From: Aliivibrio logei
GTDB taxonomy: Bacteria > Pseudomonadota > Gammaproteobacteria > Enterobacterales > Vibrionaceae
NCBI RefSeq assembly: GCF_964264695.1
Contig: NZ_OZ183474.1
Length of the DNA stretch: 24,000 bases
Reading direction: 5' to 3' (one strand)
Positions within the stretch are counted from its first letter, which is position 1, and every line of letters begins with the position of its first letter. Shown here piece after piece: positions 1-5,820 of this stretch. The position numbers and the translations under genes were made by a program. The notes under the pieces were generated by a model that was not told the origin of the DNA, searched no databases, and worked only from the letters and a program-made list of their open reading frames with translations.

Positions 1-43
1 TGTTAATTACGCCAATACAGTGAAACTATTTTTAAGTAAGTAG

Positions 44-670
44 TCACGCAAAAGTTATTGTGAATTTTTCGCCGTAATAATTTAATATGTTTTTGATGTT
101 AATACTGAGGTCTTCAAACGTTTTGAACGCTTCACATGGTAACCATTCATATTTTACTTTCTTCCACAATATCTCAATGATATTGAGCTCTGGAGAGTAC
201 GGTGGTAAATAGCAAACGAGCACATCATTCATCAACCACTCCTGTATTTTTTGTTTGAATTTTGCTGACCTATGAAAAGAGGCATTATCTAAGATAATAA
301 AGCACGGTTTATCGTTTTGTCTTGCGTTGATGAAGTACTCAAATGCGTCGATTACTGTATCGGTCGTTACTTTTCCTACCGTCGTTTGATAAATCAATTT
401 ACCTTGTCGACTTAAGAAACCAAGGACATTGAGTCGTTTACTATGTGAATAAGCTGGTCTTAGCGATTGAACACCGATAGGTCCCCAACAATAAGGAAGA
501 TTAGATTTCTGACTAAAGCCTGACTCATCAAAATAAAAGAGTTCACATTTATCCGTACGTTCCATTTCAATCAACGAATTCAGTATATTACGGAAATTAT
601 TGAATTTCACATCGTCACGTTTTAACTTTAATGAGTGTCGAGCTCTTTTGTAACTGTAATCACTTTTTTT
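44..670 (-). CDS. IS630-family transposase, DDE catalytic part (OrfB, -1 frame relative to OrfA)
   Basis: The ORF track gives 44-610. The same frame stays open upstream to the A7 run at 664-670 and reads KKSDYSYKRARHSLKLKRDDVKF, the conserved YKRAR linker of IS630 transposases. The codon at 608-610 is GTG (Val in context), not a real start. Confidence 0.75.
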   Translation of the reverse strand, partial: KKSDYSYKRARHSLKLKRDDVKFNNFRNILNSLIEMERTDKCELFYFDESGFSQKSNLPYCWGPIGVQSLRPAYSHSKRLNVLGFLSRQGKLIYQTTVGKVTTDTVIDAFEYFINARQNDKPCFIILDNASFHRSAKFKQKIQEWLMNDVLVCYLPPYSPELNIIEILWKKVKYEWLPCEAFKTFEDLSINIKNILNYYGEKFTITFA

Positions 671-1050
671 ATATTTCGTTTAATGGTGTCTAAGCTGGAT
701 TTTTTACCTGTTTCTTCTTCAAGTATTGCTTGTGCTCGTTTAAGTTGATGTGGCTCTTCATCAACCAATGACTTTAAACGATATACTTCTGTTTCTGTGT
801 AAATAGGTTTTCTGCCTATACGAACAGCATCATACAATCCGACCATTCCACTGGTTTCCCAATGGTCGATCCATGACGATATGGTCTCAAATTTAGCGTC
901 TAAAATATCAGTTAACGCTAAAATAGAGTAGCCTTTATCGCTGAGAATAATCGCATGTGCTCGTATTCTTACTCTATTTTTCGGATGATTAGCAATCGCT
1001 TCTCTTAGGGTTGTTTTTTCATGGTCTGTTAAAGGATTAACTGCTTTCAT
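628..1050 (-). CDS. IS630-family transposase, N-terminal helix-turn-helix part (OrfA)
   Basis: 140-aa ORF. The RVRIRAHAIILSDKGYS...ISSWIDHWETSGMVGL pattern matches the double-HTH N-terminus of IS630 transposases. It ends 11 codons after an A7 run. Confidence 0.8.
   Translation of the reverse strand: MKAVNPLTDHEKTTLREAIANHPKNRVRIRAHAIILSDKGYSILALTDILDAKFETISSWIDHWETSGMVGLYDAVRIGRKPIYTETEVYRLKSLVDEEPHQLKRAQAILEEETGKKSSLDTIKRNIKKVITVTKELDTH
664..670 (-). promoter_or_regulatory. A7 slippery run joining OrfA and OrfB (candidate -1 frameshift or transcriptional slippage site, or a simple frameshift mutation)
   Basis: The minus strand reads ATA AAA AAA GTG in the OrfA frame. A shift of -1 gives AAA AAA AGT and continues into OrfB, for a predicted fusion of about 335 aa, the normal IS630 transposase size. 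Confidence 0.5.
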
Positions 1051-1147
1051 TGTGATATAGACACTGACGTAAAATACTCATTTTAATACCATATTATCAT
1101 ATAGTAAAGGCAGAGAACGGACTCTCGAAAACTTATCATCAACTACT

Positions 1148-1350
1148 TAGTCACGCAAAAGTTATTGTGAATTTTTCGCCGTAATAATTTAATATGTTTT
1201 TGATGTTAATACTGAGGCCTTCAAACGTTTTGAACGCTTCACATGGTAACCATTCATATTTTACTTTCTTCCACAATATCTCAATGATATTGAGCTCTGG
1301 AGAGTACGGTGGTAAATAGCAAACGAGCACATCATTCATCAACCACTCCT
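1148..1350 (-). pseudogene. 5'-truncated second copy of the same IS630 element (terminus plus last 63 transposase codons)
   Basis: 203 bp identical to 41-243 except one substitution (T111 vs C1218, Asp to Gly in the ORF). Homology stops abruptly at 1350/1351. Confidence 0.85.
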
Positions 1351-1553
1351 ATCAAGGGTTTTCACTGCTTTGGGGCAAATGAACTACGCATGGGCTTGGT
1401 TTAGTGCATCATTCATCCTCTTTGAGTTACCGCTACCCAGTGCGTCGCGCACTTCCTGCAAATCAATTAATGACAAGGGGAAATATACGCTTCGCGCCCT
1501 TGTCATTAAGAACCCTGTGGAGAGATTGAGCAGTCTGGCGATGCACTGAATAG

Positions 1554-1624
1554 AGGGTTGTTGCAAAAAATCTGAGTTGATAAATAAGTCCTACAATTGA
1601 CTCCTTATTATTGGAAGACAACCC
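1554..1624 (+). repeat. ~70-bp repeat starting with an IS6-family-type terminal inverted repeat (AGGGTTGTTGCAAA), copy 1
   Basis: By hand alignment, about 87% identical over ~69 bp to 5497-5566. It is also related to the left end and 5' leader of the IS6 remnant at 4185-4250. Short terminal inverted repeat GGGTTGT...ACAACCC. Confidence 0.6.
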
Positions 1625-1627
1625 AGA

Positions 1628-1661
1628 TAAAAAAGGAGCTATATTATATAGCTCCTTTTTA
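1628..1661 (-). terminator. Rho-independent terminator (bidirectional shape) downstream of the 1666-2781 gene
   Basis: Perfect 9-bp stem GGAGCTATA/TATAGCTCC (1635-1643 / 1647-1655) with a 3-nt loop. It is flanked by an A-run and a T-run and begins 5 bp after the stop codon. Confidence 0.8.
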
Positions 1662-1665
1662 TTAA

Positions 1666-2781
1666 TTAAAGACCGTTACTTTCTTGAATTTTTTTTAAAA
1701 GAAGAGACCGAGGTATTCTATTGCCCATGTTTATTACGTTATCAGTTGATATTGTATGTCCTGTATAATTAAAGTCATTCCACACTTTAATTTCAGTTTG
1801 ACTTATTTTCTGAGCACCATTTACTCTAGGATTAACATATGCATAGGTATCGTTTGTTAATACAAATAATCCACCAATACTTGCATAGTTTTCGTTTGTG
1901 TTCATGTCAACCCCTGAATTTTTCAATATATATTCATCATCAAAAATACCAGGCAGAGAGCGACTTAATGATGAGAAGTTTGAACTCTTCATTGTTTGAG
2001 TAAATAATTTTTCATATTGGCCATGATCGTTATGTATATTTTTTTCTTTTATTTTAGCTAGGCACCTCCTTGCAAGAGTGTCATCTGAATAACGTCCTGG
2101 TGTGTTATACATAATATCGGGGCAAAGATGATAACCCATTATTTCATGAAATTTATTTGTTTTTTCTTTTAGATAAAACTTACCATTTTTAACTAAACCG
2201 CCATATTCGCCATTGAATAAATCCATCGGCAACGGTCGAGATAATATCTTCTTGTCAGATGAATTGTATATTTCTAAGAACGTACCGTTTAATGGTCTAT
2301 CGATACACAATTGCTCTTCATTTTCTACATCTGATACAGAGAATACGTTGCCAAGCGTACCATTTATATCCCAATCTACTAGCTCCATACGTACAGGGCT
2401 ACCATTAACATTATCCATATTAACTACGCAGAATTTGAATTTTTTAAAATCAGGAGCAGATTCACATACGTTCTGAGAGTCATCATAGCTATATATTGTA
2501 GACATACATCTTGACATATTAGCCTCATTAACGGCTATTGAAGTTAGCTTATTTGCAATACTACCCACGACACCTAAAATAGCGGTATACGACGACCCTA
2601 CGTTTAATGTAGATGGTACTGAATGAACGCTATGTGCAAATATATTACCTGCAGTTACTAGTCCATTTTTAGTAATAGAAATTGCTGTATTAACCTTAGT
2701 ATCTGCATTAGCAGTTATTGGCATAGAAACTAACGTTGAAATAACAATAGAAGTCGCTATTTTATTTATTTTTGTATTCAT
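1666..2781 (-). CDS. Hypothetical secreted protein, 371 aa, no family recognised
   Basis: Long ORF with a Sec-type signal peptide (MNTKINKIATSIVISTLVSMPITANA|DT), six Cys in the mature part and its own terminator. The coding sequence is very AT-rich. Confidence 0.75.
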   Translation of the reverse strand: MNTKINKIATSIVISTLVSMPITANADTKVNTAISITKNGLVTAGNIFAHSVHSVPSTLNVGSSYTAILGVVGSIANKLTSIAVNEANMSRCMSTIYSYDDSQNVCESAPDFKKFKFCVVNMDNVNGSPVRMELVDWDINGTLGNVFSVSDVENEEQLCIDRPLNGTFLEIYNSSDKKILSRPLPMDLFNGEYGGLVKNGKFYLKEKTNKFHEIMGYHLCPDIMYNTPGRYSDDTLARRCLAKIKEKNIHNDHGQYEKLFTQTMKSSNFSSLSRSLPGIFDDEYILKNSGVDMNTNENYASIGGLFVLTNDTYAYVNPRVNGAQKISQTEIKVWNDFNYTGHTISTDNVINMGNRIPRSLLLKKIQESNGL

Positions 2782-3095
2782 AATTATTCTCTTATTTTAT
2801 TATGCAATTATATTTATAAACTTAAAGTTTACACAAGTTAGGTGTTTTTTATTTAATAGTTTCCCATGAATATTATGTATTATTTAATTGGTATTTAAAC
2901 AACGTTCTATACGCAGACACAGGACTCAAATAAAGTGTTCTTAAGTTAGGCTGTATTCTTCAGGTATTATGATATTAGAGTTATATATTGATTTTTTAAT
3001 TCGATTAAACTTATGGGAAATAAAAAGCTTTTTAATTAATTTAAACTTTCAATAGAAACCACTAGTACGAAGTTATTACAAAACAGTTAGTTTTA

Positions 3096-3112
3096 CCCTG
3101 TTAGTAACAGGG
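3096..3112 (-). terminator. Possible terminator hairpin downstream of the 3164-4006 gene
   Basis: CCCTGTTA-G-TAACAGGG palindrome about 50 bp past the stop codon. There is no clean T-run on the minus strand, hence the low confidence. Confidence 0.35.
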
Positions 3113-3163
3113 ATTAAAATGGATGTAAAATAATTTAACTTAACACTTCACCACAATTAATCA

Positions 3164-4006
3164 CTATTCAGTTAGAGATAATATTTCACCATCAATTGCC
3201 ATCGGTATTAGAAGTTTATTTTCTTTTTTTGAATAATAAATATCACCTGGTCCACGAGGCAAATCTATGATTTTTTGCGCTTCTCCTTCCATTGAAACAC
3301 TATAGATTACCCCTTGCTTCCAATCAGAAACAATTAATTGTCCTTTATTATCTAACTGTAAACCATCAAGATTACCTAAAGGTTCTTCTGTAATAGCGGT
3401 AATTACTTTTGTTTTAGGGTTTACTTTTAGAACTCGGCCAAATGGGGCTTCCATAGGATTGTTTTTATTAAAATATCCCCATGCAGCAATGTATAGGTCA
3501 TCACCGATAAACAACAGTCCATTAGGATTTTCTAGTTCTGGTGAATCCATCCATTTACTTACTTTATTGTCAGAAAATTTATATATTTCTGATGTAAACA
3601 TATCTGATATGTATACATTTCCTGATTTATCAATAGCAACATCATTTAGAAATTCTGCACTTTCAACATGATGCTTAATAACAGTGCCAGAGCGTAAATT
3701 AACTTCTATTAAATCCGTCATATCAGCAATATAGAGGAGCTCTCCTTTAATAGAAATGCCTTTAGGGTTATCTAAGCCATTAACGATAGTAGCAATAAAT
3801 TCATATTTAGAATTTAGAGCAATAATAGAACCATCATCTTTTTCGTTTCCTGCTTGTAAGGAGGTAAAGTATACGTTTTTGTTTTCATCAAAAACGATAG
3901 ACTCTACACCTGGTAGGTTAGATATTTTTTGAGTAAGCTCAGGTTCGGCCACGACTTGTTGACTTAACATCATTGCTGTAGTTATCGATAAGAGTCGTTT
4001 TTTCAT
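3164..4006 (-). CDS. Secreted beta-propeller protein (SMP-30/gluconolactonase/LRE-like or NHL-like repeats), 280 aa
   Basis: Signal peptide MKKRLLSITTAMMLSQQVVA|EP. Blade-like motifs recur: NPKGISIKGELLYIAD, LNDVAIDKSGNVYISD, NPNGLLFIGDDLYIAA, NLDGLQLDNKGQLIVSD. Confidence 0.75.
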   Translation of the reverse strand: MKKRLLSITTAMMLSQQVVAEPELTQKISNLPGVESIVFDENKNVYFTSLQAGNEKDDGSIIALNSKYEFIATIVNGLDNPKGISIKGELLYIADMTDLIEVNLRSGTVIKHHVESAEFLNDVAIDKSGNVYISDMFTSEIYKFSDNKVSKWMDSPELENPNGLLFIGDDLYIAAWGYFNKNNPMEAPFGRVLKVNPKTKVITAITEEPLGNLDGLQLDNKGQLIVSDWKQGVIYSVSMEGEAQKIIDLPRGPGDIYYSKKENKLLIPMAIDGEILSLTE

Positions 4007-4184
4007 TGTTATTCCTTATATTTATTTTTTAGTTTCGAATATACATAATATATATAAGCAATTATTGTTGATATATAGCCTTGTAGTTAAAAGACTGTTT
4101 CACATATGCAATAATTAAATTCCGAATGAACTAGTGGTCATTTATTTATTTTGTGAATGAGTCGATGTAGTAAATGATCGTAAG

Positions 4185-4790
4185 GGGGTTGTTGCAAATA
4201 ATTCAGTTTAACGCCAAGATCCCACAATCCTTCATACTATTTCGTCGCCAATGACCAATTCTGAATTTAAATGGAAACACTTCGCACCAGCAATTATACT
4301 TTGGTGTTTACATTGATATGGTTCGACACCAATGAGTTACGCAAATCTCAGTGATATGCTCGCAGAGCGAGGCATTTCGGTTAATCGTTCCACTATCTAT
4401 CGTTGGTTTATTGAATACTCCCCTAAATTACGTAAAAAGTTACGTCGTAATTATCAATTTATCCAAACTGATAGCTCCTGGCAACTCGATGAAACTTACG
4501 TAAAAGTAAAGGGAAAATGGAACTACCTGTATCGAACCATCAATAAATAAAAGGAAACCTTGGATTTTTATTTCTCTAAGAAGAGAAATAAAGAAGCTGC
4601 CTATTAATGCCCTAGAGTTGCTTACGATGCTACGAGCGGATGTAGAGCAGCGGCAGGTTAAGTGTCTAAATAATGGTATCGAGTCCGATCATGCCCCTAT
4701 CAAAAAGCTAGTGGTTGCCACTGGTGGTTTCAAAATACGAAAGCGAGCTTGGTCAACGATTCAAGGATTTGAATCTTTACATTACAGTTT
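4185..4790 (+). mobile_element. IS6-family (IS26-like) element remnant
   Basis: The left end GGGGTTGTTGCAAA resembles IS26/IS257/IS6100 inverted repeats (GGnnnTGTTGCAAA), and a transposase start follows 66 bp later. Transposase homology is lost near 4790, and no convincing right end was found. Confidence 0.8.
4251..4790 (+). pseudogene. IS6-family transposase pseudogene
   Basis: Reads MTNSEFKWKHFAPAIILWCLH*YG..MSYANLSDMLAERGISVNRSTIYRW...DETYVKVKGKWNYLYR..*..TLDFYFSKKRNKEAAY*, collinear with the IS26 Tnp as I recall it. In-frame stops lie at 4314-4316, 4548-4550 and near 4605. A deletion of roughly 35-40 codons plus a frameshift then removes the region around the second catalytic Asp. The C-terminal part (VEQRQVKCLNNGIESDHAPIKKL...FESLH) resumes in the frame of ORF 4618. 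Confidence 0.85.
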
Positions 4791-5215
4791 TACTATTCAT
4801 GATGATATTGTGACGCAGCAAGATTTAAGGGATAAGAAACACTGGGCGGAATTGGCGAGTAATCAGCACAAAACTCTTGAATCAATAATAAAAAGCTATG
4901 CTTCTGATGTCGCATTAAAATACCAACTGCATTATCAAGAAACGGTCAAGGCGCAAGCATTACTTGCCAATGAATTGCTAAGTGCTGTAGATCAGGAATT
5001 GGAAAAGACACTTCATTTTCAATTAGGAATAAATAAAGAGGGGTCACGATTATTTAACTGCAACAGAAGCATGTGCTTTTTAATTTTCAACCTACAGGCA
5101 TATCGGTTCTGTTGGTAAGGGCTTTGTTGAATCGCTCAGGTAACGCTCAATTACCCCATTAGTATCGAATTCAGTTATCATAGCCAGCCTTTCATTCAGA
5201 TTGGCTGATTAACAA

Positions 5216-5496
5216 ATGCCTCCTCATAACTTGGAAGCTGAGCTTAATGTGATTAGTGGATTATTACACAACAACGTAGCTTGGAATGAAGTCTCTCATT
5301 ATCTGCATCGAGACATGTTTTATGGGGCAGTATATCGACATTTATTTGATTCTTTAGCAGCGCTACTAGTCTTTAACAAAGTGGTTACTTTGGATATGTT
5401 AATCAGTGAATTTGATAAGAGGGGGCGATTAAACTCCGAGGTGTTTAACTCTGATTTGCAGTCGTTTATGTATCTTGAAAGTAATGCGGTCAATAC
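5216..5496 (+). pseudogene. DnaB-type replicative helicase, N-terminal domain stub
   Basis: MPPHNLEAELNVISGLL...FYGAVYRHLFDSL...KRGRL...SNAVNT follows the DnaB N-terminal pattern (PPHxIEAE ... FY..HR.IF ... ERRGEL ... SAANI). The last 7 codons and the stop of ORF 5216-5518 are supplied by the IS6-type repeat that starts at 5497. Confidence 0.7.
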
Positions 5497-5566
5497 GGGG
5501 TTGTTACAAATAACCTGAGTTGGTCAATAAGTCCTACCATTGACTCATTATTATTGGAAAATAACC
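5497..5566 (+). repeat. ~70-bp repeat starting with an IS6-type inverted repeat (GGGGTTGTTACAAA), copy 2
   Basis: Aligns end to end with 1554-1624 and stops at the equivalent position. Flanking sequences on both sides are unrelated between the two copies. Confidence 0.6.
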
Positions 5567-5687
5567 TCTCCCTATTATATCTAAAACCGTGGCCAGTTTT
5601 TCTTGGCCACTTCAAACGTAAACACCAAAGAATTATACCAATTCCGTTAATTTCATGATCTAATATGGACTCTTAAAAGGAGTCCTT

Positions 5688-5816
5688 ATGAAGCATGATT
5701 TTCCGAGTTTGATTAATTCCACATCCAATGCTCGACTTAGAATGCGTTATTTATCCGTTTCTCATTTTGTTGACGGTAAAAGTCGCACCAAAATAGCTAA
5801 GTACCTAATTGAATAA
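5688..5816 (+). pseudogene. 42-codon N-terminal stub of a second, different IS630-type transposase
   Basis: AAGGAG ribosome-binding site, then MKHDFPSLINSTSNARLRMRYLSVSHFVDGKSRTKIAKYLIE*. The NARxRxRxLxxSHFxDGKSRxxIAKYL pattern is the HTH N-terminus of a subgroup of IS630-family transposases. It is unrelated in sequence to OrfA at 628-1050 and is truncated right next to the HD-GYP gene stop. Confidence 0.6.
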
Positions 5817-5820
5817 TGTC

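Larger units (their letters stand above)
41..1147 (-). mobile_element. IS630-family insertion sequence, full-length copy (~1.1 kb)
   Basis: Carries both transposase frames: the HTH part at 628-1050 and the DDE part at 44-670, with FYFDESGF and PPYSPELNIIE motifs typical of IS630/Tc1-mariner. Unit length is set by the exact 1107-bp offset to the partial second copy at 1148. TA dinucleotides at 41-42 and 1148-1149 fit the TA target of this family. Terminal inverted repeats are not clearly recognisable, so the ends are uncertain by a few bp. Confidence 0.8.

Noticed and set aside
1384-1566. 60-aa ORF on the minus strand in the orphan fragment
   Set aside because: It starts with a TTG inside the IS6-type terminal repeat, has no ribosome-binding site and shows no recognisable motif. 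It is most likely a chance frame or the tail of a destroyed gene.
2817-2831. 15-bp palindrome TAAACTTAAAGTTTA, 36-50 bp upstream of the orphan secreted gene
   Set aside because: The arms are only 7 bp in extremely AT-rich DNA, and about one such palindrome is expected by chance in a window this size. Its half-site spacing differs from the GalR-type sites.
2213-3671. Plus-strand ORFs 2213-2476 and 3459-3671
   Set aside because: They lie entirely antisense within the longer, better-supported minus-strand genes. They are low-complexity shadow frames with no start context.
4791-5118. C-terminal ~110 residues of ORF 4618-5118
   Set aside because: They continue past the point where IS6 transposase homology ends. 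They have no recognisable similarity and are probably read-through into unrelated DNA rather than a real fusion protein.
5566-5578. 13-mer CTCTCCCTATTAT shared with 10377-10389
   Set aside because: Several exact 13-mer coincidences are expected among all position pairs in 24 kb of AT-rich sequence, and there is no flanking similarity.
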